Shown: positions 9,497 through 18,325 of the stretch, one piece after another
Numbering within the stretch: the first letter of the stretch is position 1
Layout: every line of letters starts with the position of its first letter
DNA from: Deltaproteobacteria bacterium
Lineage (GTDB): Bacteria; Myxococcota; JACRCW01
DNA: 34,288 bases
Assembly (NCBI GenBank): GCA_016218805.1
Contig: JACRCW010000116.1
Location: 1-34,288, forward strand
Direction of reading: 5' to 3'
The notes under the pieces: generated by a model
Database searches by the model: none
Seen by the model: only the letters and a program-made list of their open reading frames with translations
What the model was told of the DNA's origin: nothing
Position numbers and translations under genes: made by a program

Positions 9497-9631
9497 AAAA
9501 AAAACGGGAGCCGACTGTCCAGGTGGGGGGGTACCCGAAGCAGCCGGCTCCCGAAGGGAACCACGTTTAGTGCACGGCCGACTAGGCTAGAACCGGGGGG
9601 GGAAGTTCGTTGCCCTGCCGCTCCGTGCGAG
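9497..9631 (-). ncRNA. Candidate sRNA with two long hairpins bearing poly-C loops and an intrinsic terminator
   Basis: Hairpin 1 at 9572-9628 (loop UCCCCCCCC); hairpin 2 at 9505-9553 (loop ACCCCCCC) followed by U8 at 9497-9504; a sigma54-like promoter predicts +1 near 9630. Confidence 0.65.
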
Positions 9632-9640
9632 TCAATTGTG

Positions 9641-9657
9641 TACACGCACCATGCCAA
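9641..9657 (-). promoter_or_regulatory. Sigma54-like -24/-12 promoter of the candidate sRNA
   Basis: Minus strand TTGGCATGGTGCGTGTA: GG-N10-GT, one mismatch from the canonical GG-N10-GC; an AT-rich region lies upstream (9730-9860). Confidence 0.5.
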
Positions 9658-9810
9658 ATGCAAGCGGTTGTGCGGATCCCGCCGAGAACCCCGTTTTCTT
9701 TGAGGCAACTCCGCGACCGCCCCTGTGACGTGATCTCCGACATACAAGGGCATATGCACCCTATATTTGCGGATGATCGGAAAAGACTTCATATTTACAA
9801 TCAATTACGC

Positions 9811-9840
9811 AAAACATGGGCACTTGTGCCCGTGTTTTTT
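9811..9840. terminator. Inverted repeat, probable terminator of the minus-strand ferredoxin/hypothetical operon or a protein-binding site
   Basis: AAAACATGGGCAC-TT-GTGCCCGTGTTTT(TT), 13-bp arms with one mismatch and T-runs on both strands. Confidence 0.5.
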
Positions 9841-9855
9841 GAAACCCTGGTTATT

Positions 9856-10254
9856 TCACCCGTCTAGGAGCTGCACCACGGCCTCGCTTGTGGTTCTCAG
9901 TTCACACGCCACCCTCTCCACGGCCCACACCCGCAGTCCCGGCGCTGGTGTCTGCCCAAGAGACCTCTTGCCCAGGGCGACCTGCAGGAAGTGCTGGTAG
10001 AGGTGTACGGCGTTCGCCCACAGGGTGTAGCCCGCCAGGACGTGGGCTTCAGCGTTTCCGCTGACCAGGGCGTGGACGCGGGCCAGGCGCTCCGCCAGGC
10101 GGGTTGCGGAGGTGGATTGCAACTCGCGCAGCGCGCCTGGGCACCGGGTGCCCAGTTCCCGCATGCGCGCGCGGCGCGCCTTGGCCAACTCAGGAGGGAA
10201 CGCCTTCAGCCCTTGGGCCCTGGCGCGGTCGCGTTCGTCCGCCAGGGACACCAT
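9856..10254 (-). CDS. Hypothetical protein (true start may be further upstream)
   Basis: Plausible helical protein directly downstream of the ferredoxin; frame stays open upstream towards ~10335. Confidence 0.55.
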   Translation of the reverse strand: MVSLADERDRARAQGLKAFPPELAKARRARMRELGTRCPGALRELQSTSATRLAERLARVHALVSGNAEAHVLAGYTLWANAVHLYQHFLQVALGKRSLGQTPAPGLRVWAVERVACELRTTSEAVVQLLDG

Positions 10255-10334
10255 CTGGGCGTAGCGCCAGGCAAGGCCCCGCAGGTCAACGGGAGGGGGC
10301 GGCGGACCCGGCGCGGGCGCCAGAGGGAGGATGC

Positions 10335-10781
<447 letters not shown>

Positions 10782-10843
10782 CTAGCGGCCCGACCGACCG
10801 ATTCTCACCGTGGAAACAAGGGGAAACGCGTGGCCGGCACCGC

Positions 10844-10859
10844 TGGCATGCCGCGTGGA
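10844..10859 (+). promoter_or_regulatory. Sigma54-like motif upstream of the small-protein/comEA operon
   Basis: TGGCATGCCGCGTGGA, nearly identical in pattern to the motif in front of the candidate sRNA (TGGCATGGTGCGTGTA); the -12 element is non-canonical. Confidence 0.4.
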
Positions 10860-10986
10860 GAAGGGGCCGCCGTGCCGGCGAGTCACGCCCCGGGAGGGGC
10901 GGTCCGCGGCACGGGGGGGACTCCCGTGGTGGGCGTCCACCAAGACCACAAGGGTACGCGCGGGGGCTCCCGCGCCGGAATGGAAC

Positions 10987-11274
10987 ATGGCAATGACGAC
11001 GACAAACGCAATGAGCACGTTGAACAGCAACCATGGAATGACGCCGCTGGCGGCGCCGGGGACACCGGGACACCGCCGCGCGGTGTTTGTGATCACGGAG
11101 AAGACGACGGCGGATGGGCCGCGGTCGTTCTGGACGCGGGTGGGCGCCGCGTTCGACAACCGCGACGGGTCGGTGACCATCAAGCTGGACGCCCTGCCGC
11201 TGTCCGGCACGCTGCAGGTGCGCGAGGACGACCGCGAGCCGCGGCGGGACCGCTCCGCGGGCGCGCCGTTCTGA
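10987..11274 (+). CDS. Small conserved-looking hypothetical protein ([14 protein letters not shown] type)
   Basis: Compact beta-rich core AVFVITE...[33 protein letters not shown]; start could be 10987, 10993, 11011 or 11038. Confidence 0.75.
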   Translation: MAMTTTNAMSTLNSNHGMTPLAAPGTPGHRRAVFVITEKTTADGPRSFWTRVGAAFDNRDGSVTIKLDALPLSGTLQVREDDREPRRDRSAGAPF

Positions 11275-11284
11275 GGGGGATGCG

Positions 11285-11683
11285 ATGAAACACACGTTTG
11301 CATCCGGGCTGCTGCGCTCTGCGGTGGCCAGCACCATGGCGGGTCTGCTGCTGTGCGGCAGCGTTCCCGCCCGCGCGGAGGAGGACGGCGCACCCGCGCC
11401 GGCCGCCGCCGCGCCGTCAGCCGGCAAGGCGGACCCCGCCGCGGCGGCCGGCGTGGTGAACCTCAACAGCGCCTCCGTGGAGGAACTGGCGCGGCTCCCC
11501 GGCGTGGGGCCGCGCAAGGCGGAGGCCATTGTCGCACGCCGGGAGAAGAAGCGGTTCGCACGGCCGGAGGAGCTCGTCGAGATCAAGGGAATTGGCCGTG
11601 GAATCTACAAGCGCTGCAAGCCGTACCTGCGTGTGCAGGGGCCAACCACGCTTGCCCAGAAGGTGGCAAGCCCGAGGAGGTGA
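11285..11683 (+). CDS. comEA: ComEA-family helix-hairpin-helix DNA-binding protein with signal peptide
   Basis: VNLNSASVEELARLPGVGPRKAEAIV...F...EELVEIKGIG; N-terminal signal peptide; GAGGGGG RBS. Confidence 0.9.
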   Translation: MKHTFASGLLRSAVASTMAGLLLCGSVPARAEEDGAPAPAAAAPSAGKADPAAAAGVVNLNSASVEELARLPGVGPRKAEAIVARREKKRFARPEELVEIKGIGRGIYKRCKPYLRVQGPTTLAQKVASPRR

Positions 11684-11697
11684 AACATGGGGGATGG

Positions 11698-11734
11698 GGC
11701 CCGCGGCGGGGTGCAGAACGGCCCGCCGCGGGCC
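11698..11734 (+). terminator. GC hairpin after comEA
   Basis: Perfect 13-bp stem GGCCCGCGGCGGG / CCCGCCGCGGGCC with an 11-nt loop; no clear U-tract. Confidence 0.4.
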
Positions 11735-11787
11735 ACCGGTTTCCCGACGTGACACTCCGGCCGGGCCCTCCTACGCTTACCCGGCCC

Positions 11788-13653
11788 ATGACTTCCCCGC
11801 TCCACGCCGCCGCCTCCACCGTGCTGCTGCTGGCAGCCGCCGGCGCGGCGGGCTGCACGCGCCCACCGGTGGCAGCGCTGACGGGACCCTTCTGCGCGGT
11901 GGCCGGGACCGGGGCACCGCTGGACGCCACCGCCAGCCGGCCCGGACGCCTCCCCATTGAGACCTACCGGTTTGACTTTGGTGACGGCACGCCCGCGCTC
12001 ATCAGCCGCGCTGACCGCGCGGTGCACATCTACCGCGAGCCGGGTGACTACGAGGCGGAACTCACCGTGGCGGACCGGGAAGGCGCCGCGTCCGTGGCGC
12101 GCGTCACGGTGAGCGTGAAGCCGGACTACCCGTCCTGCGGCGTGGTTCCAACGGGCGTACCCCGCGTGGAAGTGGGCGCGTGCGCCACCGACGGCCTGCT
12201 GGATTGCCTGCTGGACGTGGGCGTGGCGCCGGCGGAGGGGGAGACCTCGGCGGGCGTGGTGGTCACCAACACGGGTACGGTGGCGCTGGACGTCACGGCC
12301 TCCACCGTGCCCGGCACCAGCTTCCGCGTGGACCCGGAGGGGGAGGTGGCGCTGGCCCCATGGCAGGCGGCGCGCTTTGAGGTGACCTTCACGCCGCGCC
12401 CGGGCCAACCCGGTCGCGTCCAGGAGGAGCTGCGCCTGCGGGACAGCCGGCGGGCGCTTGGCCTGGACGGACTGGTGGTGGTGCTGGAAGGCACGGTGGA
12501 CGGCGAGGTGTTCCCCCGCCTGCGGGCTGAGCCGGTGCGCTGCCGCCTGGCTGCGGTACCCGTGGAGTCCACCGCCCCATGCCCGGTCACGCTGCGCAAC
12601 ACCGGCAACACCGGGCTCCAGGTTGACCGCCTGCAACTGGCCACCGGCTCCACGGCGGGCTGGACCCTGCCGGATGCCGTCCTCCCCCTGCAGCTGGCGC
12701 CGGGTGCCGCCGCCACCGTGACCATCTTGATGTCCGTGGACCACGCCGGCCCGCAGCGGGGAGCGCTGCAGGTCTTTTCCAATGACCCGTTGCGTCCCCA
12801 GCTGGACGTCGCGCTGGATGCGGATGTGGTGGACCTGCCGCCCGTGCCCCGCATCCGCGTGGTGGCGGTCAACGGCGCGCCATGGAGCCCCGGCCAGGCG
12901 CTGGCCCCGTTGGATGACGTGCTGCTGGACGCTGCGGACAGCACGGCGGGGCGCGCGGGGCGCACCGTCACCGCGTACGCCTGGGAGCTGGCTGCGCGGC
13001 CGGACGTGAGCGGCGCCACGCTGGCGTCCGCCACCGCCACGCGGACCTGGTTGCGGTTTGATTCGTCCTCCATGGAGCGGCCGGGCATGGACGTGGCGGG
13101 CCGCTACGTGGTCCGCCTGCAGGTGACCGACAGCGAAGGCCTCCCGGCCGCCGCACCCGCGGAGCTGGTGCTGGACGCGGTGCCGGCCGCGGCGCTGCAC
13201 ATCCAACTGACCTGGGAAGACCCGGACGTGGACCTGGACCTGCACCTGATCAAGGGCGGCTTTGACAACGCGTTCTCCTCAACGCTGGACTGCAACTTTG
13301 ACAACTGCGACACCGGTGGGGGCCTGCCCTGGACCGACCACCCCGCCGCCAACCCGCGCCTCAACCTGGACGACACGCGCGGCCTGGGCCCGGAGCACGT
13401 GTTCATCGCCGCTCCGGACGCCGGGCGCTACAGCGTGGCGGTCCATTTCTATGACGCGCACGGCCAACGGGACCCGCTGGTGCGCGCCCGGGTGCGGGTG
13501 TTTGTGCGCGGTGAGCTGGCGCTGGACGCCGTCCGGCAGCTGTCCCCGTGCAAAGTGCTGTGGGAGGCCGCCACGGTGGACTGGGCGGCCGCGCCGGTGG
13601 TGTCCGCCGTGTCCGCCGTGCGCCTCACCGGCCGCGGCGCCTGCCAGCCGTAG
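11788..13653 (+). CDS. Surface lipoprotein with PKD, Ig-like (choice-of-anchor-D type) and C-terminal DUF2135/YfaP-like domains
   Basis: Lipobox AAGC; YRFDFGDG...HIYREPGDY PKD motif; V.NTG...SNDP Ig repeats; LTWEDPDVDLDLHL...GLGPE. Confidence 0.8.
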   Translation: MTSPLHAAASTVLLLAAAGAAGCTRPPVAALTGPFCAVAGTGAPLDATASRPGRLPIETYRFDFGDGTPALISRADRAVHIYREPGDYEAELTVADREGAASVARVTVSVKPDYPSCGVVPTGVPRVEVGACATDGLLDCLLDVGVAPAEGETSAGVVVTNTGTVALDVTASTVPGTSFRVDPEGEVALAPWQAARFEVTFTPRPGQPGRVQEELRLRDSRRALGLDGLVVVLEGTVDGEVFPRLRAEPVRCRLAAVPVESTAPCPVTLRNTGNTGLQVDRLQLATGSTAGWTLPDAVLPLQLAPGAAATVTILMSVDHAGPQRGALQVFSNDPLRPQLDVALDADVVDLPPVPRIRVVAVNGAPWSPGQALAPLDDVLLDAADSTAGRAGRTVTAYAWELAARPDVSGATLASATATRTWLRFDSSSMERPGMDVAGRYVVRLQVTDSEGLPAAAPAELVLDAVPAAALHIQLTWEDPDVDLDLHLIKGGFDNAFSSTLDCNFDNCDTGGGLPWTDHPAANPRLNLDDTRGLGPEHVFIAAPDAGRYSVAVHFYDAHGQRDPLVRARVRVFVRGELALDAVRQLSPCKVLWEAATVDWAAAPVVSAVSAVRLTGRGACQP

Positions 13654-13662
13654 GCCCGCCCT

Positions 13663-14511
13663 TCAGGGATCCACCACGGCGCGCACCGCCACGCCGCCGG
13701 CGGCCATGGCCGCGCCACAAAGCGCCACCACCATGCCCACCAGCACCGCGGCCACCGCCACTCCGCCCAGTGTCAGAAAACCCAGCTCACCGCCCGCCGG
13801 GTCCAGCGGGTTGGGTGTGCGCCCCCCGCCCGGGGGAGGCTCGCGCCGCGTGTACAGCACCAGCCCGGCCGTGCCCGCCGCCGCGGACGCCGCCGCCCCC
13901 CCCAACCCAATGCCGGCCACCAGCGCGCCGGCGCCCAGCAGCGCCATGGACGCCACGGACGGGACGGAGACCGCCCGGGCCGGGCGCGTGCCCGCGTCGC
14001 GCGGCGCGGGCGCACGCGAGCGCAGCCGGGCGGGCGCATAGGTGCGCAGCAGGTGCGCCAGCATGCCGTCCGCCTGCCCGGTGATGAGCGGGATGACCAG
14101 GTCACGCCCGCCGCGCGCGGTGCCGGCAAACCGCTGCGTGACCTCTCCGGTGCGCACGTCCAGCAACACCAGGCTCGCCGTGGTGGTGCCCCCCACGTCC
14201 CCCAGTGTGCCGGCCACCAGCAGCTGCGCCTCCGCGGCCTCGCCCAGGCGGCGCAGTCCTTCCACGTCATCCTGCCCCAGCCCCTGCAGCATGGCCTGGT
14301 AGTTGCCCAACCGGTTGAGCTCATCCTGGCTGATGATGGACAGCGTCTTCACCTTGGTGAGCCGCGCGGTGAGGATGGCGTCCGCCGTGGCGGACTCCAC
14401 CGGGATGGCCGGGTCCACGCGGTAGGGCACCACCAGCACGCGCGGTGGCGCTCCTTCCGCGGCGGCCGCGGGCGCCGCCGCCAGCAGCAGCGCGGGAATC
14501 AAATGCCGCAA
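13663..14511 (-). CDS. Exported protein with TolB-N/CsgG-like alpha-beta domain and hydrophobic C-terminus
   Basis: Probable TTG start at 14511 (LRHLIPALLLAAAPAAAAEG signal peptide); RVLVVPY...LGEAAEAQLLVAGTLG...LVLLDVRTG; resembles the N-domain of 29238..30092. Confidence 0.65.
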   Translation of the reverse strand: MRHLIPALLLAAAPAAAAEGAPPRVLVVPYRVDPAIPVESATADAILTARLTKVKTLSIISQDELNRLGNYQAMLQGLGQDDVEGLRRLGEAAEAQLLVAGTLGDVGGTTTASLVLLDVRTGEVTQRFAGTARGGRDLVIPLITGQADGMLAHLLRTYAPARLRSRAPAPRDAGTRPARAVSVPSVASMALLGAGALVAGIGLGGAAASAAAGTAGLVLYTRREPPPGGGRTPNPLDPAGGELGFLTLGGVAVAAVLVGMVVALCGAAMAAGGVAVRAVVDP

Positions 14512-14777
14512 TTGGAAATCTCCGAACACGCGTTGCGGATGACGCACTGGTAGCTCTCCGTGGAGGCGCCGGCCTCGGTGACCGTCCGGCAGTCCTCCTC
14601 GCAGGTGGAGGTGGCGTTGACGCCGCACTCGCGCCGCTTGGCGCAGTACTTGTCGCACAGCTCCTTGCAGTCCGGCCCGGAGGACGTATCCACGCAGTCC
14701 ACCTCGTCGCTGCTGCTGCTGCATGACCCGAGCGCGGTCAGCACCAGCGCGGCAAGGGCCCTTCCAACGGCTCGCAT
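14499..14777 (-). CDS. Small Cys-rich lipoprotein
   Basis: GGGAGG RBS; MRAVGRALAALVLTALGSC lipobox; 10 further Cys. Confidence 0.75.
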   Translation of the reverse strand: MRAVGRALAALVLTALGSCSSSSDEVDCVDTSSGPDCKELCDKYCAKRRECGVNATSTCEEDCRTVTEAGASTESYQCVIRNACSEISNCGI

Positions 14778-14791
14778 GGCTTCCTCCCATC

Positions 14792-15811
14792 TCACCGCGT
14801 GCGGAAACGGAACTCCGCCGCCAGGTACTTGCTGGCAATCTTCCCGCGCCCCGCCAGCTCCTTGACCTGGTCCAGCACCACGTCCTGCGTGCGGTAGCTG
14901 CGGTCCTGCGTCAGCGAATCCCGCGATTCCTTGGCCTTGGTGATGTACTCCATCAACAGCTTGCCGTGCGCGCGCGGGAAGCGCTGGCACATCTGGCGCA
15001 CCAGCTCGGGGTCCTCGTAGGCCAGTGACTTGGCCAGCCGGTACAGGCCGGCTTTCTGGAACAGCTCCTCGGTGTGCGTGAACCCGTCCAGCACGCGGGA
15101 CAGGAACCGCTGCGCCACCTTGACCTCCTCCACGTCCTGGCTGGCCACCCGCCGCACCGCCGCAATGAGCTCCTCGGCGTTGCCCTTGGGCAGGCGCGCC
15201 AGCAGCTCCGCCAGCGCGCGCTTGCCCACCGCGGCAAACGCACACGCCAGCTCATCAATGCCCACCGCGCGGCACACGCTCACCAGCTCCTTGCCCTCCA
15301 GCAGCACCAGGTCACGGAACCCCAATGACTGGATGTCCGTGTCCACCACCGGCATGGAGGCAAACTTCTCGTCGTACCGGGCGCGCACCAGCTTCAGGAT
15401 GGCCAGCGGGACGTTCTGGAACTCGCTGCGGGGCGGCAGATCCCGCTTCAGCTCCGGCGGCAGGCGCTCCACAATCTGCCGCGCCAGGCTGGCGGGCATG
15501 TGCATCAGCGCGGCGGCCACCACGCGCGGGCGCTCGCCGCGGAAACCGGCCGCCAGCCAGGAGGGGTCCACGCCCTCAATGCCGCGCGTGTGCCGGTACT
15601 GCATGTACTGCTTGAGCTCCCGCAGCATCAGCGGGATGCGCTTCTCCTTGGGGATCTCCAGCAGCTTCTGGCTCTTGGCCTTCATGGGCGCGGAAATCTC
15701 GTCCGGCAGCAGGTCCAGCAGCGCCATGCCGTCCTTGCCGCCAAACGTGAGGGTGGCCAGCAGCAGCGCGCTCTGCTCGCGGTCCAGCGGGTGCAGCAGC
15801 GGGGCCAGCAT
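14792..15811 (-). CDS. FliG-like protein (FliG-M and FliG-C-like segments), likely SctK-position partner of SctJ
   Basis: GERPRVVAAALMHMPASLARQIVERLP resembles the FliG EHPQ region; FRDLVLLEGKELVSVCRAVGIDELACAF...EVKVAQ and QDVVLDQVKELAGRGKI resemble FliG-C; lies immediately after sctJ. Confidence 0.7.
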   Translation of the reverse strand: MLAPLLHPLDREQSALLLATLTFGGKDGMALLDLLPDEISAPMKAKSQKLLEIPKEKRIPLMLRELKQYMQYRHTRGIEGVDPSWLAAGFRGERPRVVAAALMHMPASLARQIVERLPPELKRDLPPRSEFQNVPLAILKLVRARYDEKFASMPVVDTDIQSLGFRDLVLLEGKELVSVCRAVGIDELACAFAAVGKRALAELLARLPKGNAEELIAAVRRVASQDVEEVKVAQRFLSRVLDGFTHTEELFQKAGLYRLAKSLAYEDPELVRQMCQRFPRAHGKLLMEYITKAKESRDSLTQDRSYRTQDVVLDQVKELAGRGKIASKYLAAEFRFRTR

Positions 15812-15817
15812 GGCCTA

Positions 15818-16714
15818 TCAGCCCGGCGGCGGCGGCGGAGCCGGTGCGTTGCGCTTGGCCAGCGCGGTGAGCTGCGTGTTGGCCTGCTTGAGCTTGCTGG
15901 AGGTGGTCACAAAGGACACCAGCAGCGCAATGAGCCCTATCAGCGCCACCCCCAGCGCCGCGCCACCGCCCATCAGGATGGTCTGCAGCTTCTTGCGTTC
16001 CTGTTCATTCACCACGGCAATGCCGCCGAACTTGGGCGCGCGCGCCAGGTCCTGCCCGCCCGCCTCATCCTCCGTGCCAAAGGTGCCCAGCATCTTCTCC
16101 GTGGCCGGCCGGTTCAGGTTGGCCATGACGGTGACGTACTGCGGGTCCAGCCCCTCCACGGAGGCGGCCACCAACCGCTGGATGTCCTCCACCTTGAACG
16201 GCGCTTTGCCGCCCACCTGGTTGAAGGTGATGGTGACGGCGGCGGTGGCGGGCGTGGGCTTTTCGTTGAGGTCCTTGAGCAGGTCCTTCTTGGGCTTGAC
16301 GATGGTGACGTGCGCCTCCACCACGCCGGGGATGGTCTTGATCTTCCGCGCAATCTCGCCCTGGATGGCCATGATGAAGCCGGCTTCCTCCTCCGTGGCG
16401 GTGGGGATGAGGCCCTTGTTGGCCGGGTCATACACGCGGTCCAGCGTCATCTCCCGGGGGCGCGGCAGCTGGTTGTCCACCAGCACCCGGCGCGCGTCCT
16501 GCGCATCCGCACCGCCCACGGTGACCTTGTACGTGATGGTGCGGCCGCCCTCTTCGCGTTCCTTGTGCGCCTTCACACCGCCGGCTTCCAGCACGTAGAC
16601 AATCTCGTTCGCCTCAAACTCGGTGAGCTGGTGCACCACCTCCTCCTTGGCACAACCCGCCGCGAGCAACGCGACCACCGGCAGCACACGGCCGATCCGA
16701 CCGCACATGGACAT
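15818..16714 (-). CDS. sctJ: Type III secretion inner-membrane ring lipoprotein (SctJ/YscJ/EscJ family)
   Basis: AGGAAGG RBS; lipobox LAAGC; LTEFEANEIVYVL, LIPTATEE, IKTIPGVVEAHVTIV, IQRLVAASVEGL; C-terminal TM helix. Confidence 0.9.
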   Translation of the reverse strand: MSMCGRIGRVLPVVALLAAGCAKEEVVHQLTEFEANEIVYVLEAGGVKAHKEREEGGRTITYKVTVGGADAQDARRVLVDNQLPRPREMTLDRVYDPANKGLIPTATEEEAGFIMAIQGEIARKIKTIPGVVEAHVTIVKPKKDLLKDLNEKPTPATAAVTITFNQVGGKAPFKVEDIQRLVAASVEGLDPQYVTVMANLNRPATEKMLGTFGTEDEAGGQDLARAPKFGGIAVVNEQERKKLQTILMGGGAALGVALIGLIALLVSFVTTSSKLKQANTQLTALAKRNAPAPPPPPG

Positions 16715-16841
16715 GGATGTCTTCCTTCCTTGGAACGGGGGCTCACCCAGCGCCGGCCACTCTAGTCCGAGGCCCGGGGGAAAAGGGAGCCCGTCACGCG
16801 GGGACTTGTCCGCGCCCGCAGGGTGGTGCTTGCGTGCAGCC

Positions 16842-18308
16842 ATGCCCTCCAACGCCACCTGGCTGTTCGGCTGCCGCAAAGCCACCTTCACCGTGGAACA
16901 ACCCCGGCCGTTCTCCCCCTGGGTGGGCCTGCTCTTGGACCCCTCCGGCCTGGTGGTGGGCCACTGGCTGAGCACGGGACCGGACCTGGATGACTCGGTG
17001 GCGGCGTGGCTGCGGGACACGCTGCGCCGGGTGGGCGCGCCCGCCGCCATCCGCACCGACGACGCCGCGCTGGCCGCGCGGCTGGGGAACGTGGGCGTGC
17101 CCGTCACCGCCGGGCCCTGCCCCGGGCTGGATGAACCGTTCAACGCCATGCTGCGCGCGCTGGGCGGCCCCACCCTCCAACCGGACTACCTGGGGGACCC
17201 CGCGGTCACCCCCGCCATGGTGAAGACCTTCTTCCAGGCCGCTGACCTGCTGTGGAAGGCCGCGCCCTGGCGGTACGTCCAGGGGGACATGCAGACCCTC
17301 GCACTGTCCATCCCCGCGCTGGGCATCCAGGACCACGTCGTGTCCGTGATGGGTGCCGCGGGCGAGCAGTTCGGCTGGGTGCTGTGGGAGACCCCCGGGG
17401 CGTTCCGCCAGTTCACCGCCGTGGGCGAGGAGGTGGCGGCCGCCGGTGAGGACATGCCGCCGGAAGCCATGTACTGGCTGTCCGTCACCTTTGAAGACAT
17501 GCGGGACCTTCCCAACCGCCTCCAGAAGCAGGCCAAGAAGCTGCGCGGGCATTCGCGGCAGGGGGTCCCGCTCATCATGGCGTTCCGGGACGGCCGCCCG
17601 GTCCATCCCAATCCCCGCGAATACCGCGTGGCCATCGCGTTGTCGGAAGCGGTGGCCGGGTTCATCCCGACGTTTGCCGCGGAGTTCCGCCATCCCACCG
17701 GCCGCACCACCTCCGCCACCATCACAATCCAATATGAGACCGGCCCCGAACCGCTGCAGGCGCGGCTGGTTGCCCCCCATCCCGCGCTGGAGTGGCCCCC
17801 GGAGGACGACGAACCGGACCAGGACCGCAACACGGAGGTGGCGGAGGAGATGCAGGAGGACTTCGCCGACTGGCAGGCGGAACGCCGGCCCGCGCGCAAG
17901 GGATCACCCGCCCACCTGGGCGCCTTCATGATCGGGGCGATGGTGGATCGGCGGGGCCACGGCGGGCACGCGTGGGACGCCGGGATGTTTGCCACCTTCC
18001 TGCGGGAGGTGGTCCCCGAGGAAGTTGCGCTGCAGGCGGAAAACCTGGGGGTCATGGAAGCGCAGCTGCAGGAGCTGGTGATGTGGCTGGAGGACGAGGA
18101 CCTGCTGACCGCCAGCGCGGCCGCGGCGGTGCGCGCGGCGCTGCCGGGGTGGTGCCGGGAGGCGGTGGCCCGGGCCAGCGACCCCGCCAACTGGGGCCCC
18201 GCCAAGCGCGTGCTCCAAATGATGCACCAAGCCGGCGTGGACCCCAATGACACCGCCGCCGTGAACGCGTTCCTGCAGAAGCTGAACGCGGGGCGCCCCA
18301 TCCGGTAG
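16842..18308 (+). CDS. Hypothetical protein
   Basis: Long ORF with protein-like composition (KAAPW...VSVMGAAGEQFG); divergent from sctJ. Confidence 0.75.
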   Translation: MPSNATWLFGCRKATFTVEQPRPFSPWVGLLLDPSGLVVGHWLSTGPDLDDSVAAWLRDTLRRVGAPAAIRTDDAALAARLGNVGVPVTAGPCPGLDEPFNAMLRALGGPTLQPDYLGDPAVTPAMVKTFFQAADLLWKAAPWRYVQGDMQTLALSIPALGIQDHVVSVMGAAGEQFGWVLWETPGAFRQFTAVGEEVAAAGEDMPPEAMYWLSVTFEDMRDLPNRLQKQAKKLRGHSRQGVPLIMAFRDGRPVHPNPREYRVAIALSEAVAGFIPTFAAEFRHPTGRTTSATITIQYETGPEPLQARLVAPHPALEWPPEDDEPDQDRNTEVAEEMQEDFADWQAERRPARKGSPAHLGAFMIGAMVDRRGHGGHAWDAGMFATFLREVVPEEVALQAENLGVMEAQLQELVMWLEDEDLLTASAAAAVRAALPGWCREAVARASDPANWGPAKRVLQMMHQAGVDPNDTAAVNAFLQKLNAGRPIR

Positions 18309-18325
18309 GGCCGGCGCCGCGGGAC

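Noticed and set aside
9343..9804. 153-aa minus-strand ORF across the intergenic region
   Set aside because: Atypical composition, runs through a terminator and overlaps the lipoprotein gene; the RNA-structure explanation fits better
9799..9811. Possible IHF site (AATCAA...)
   Set aside because: Lacks the TTR half of WATCAAnnnnTTR
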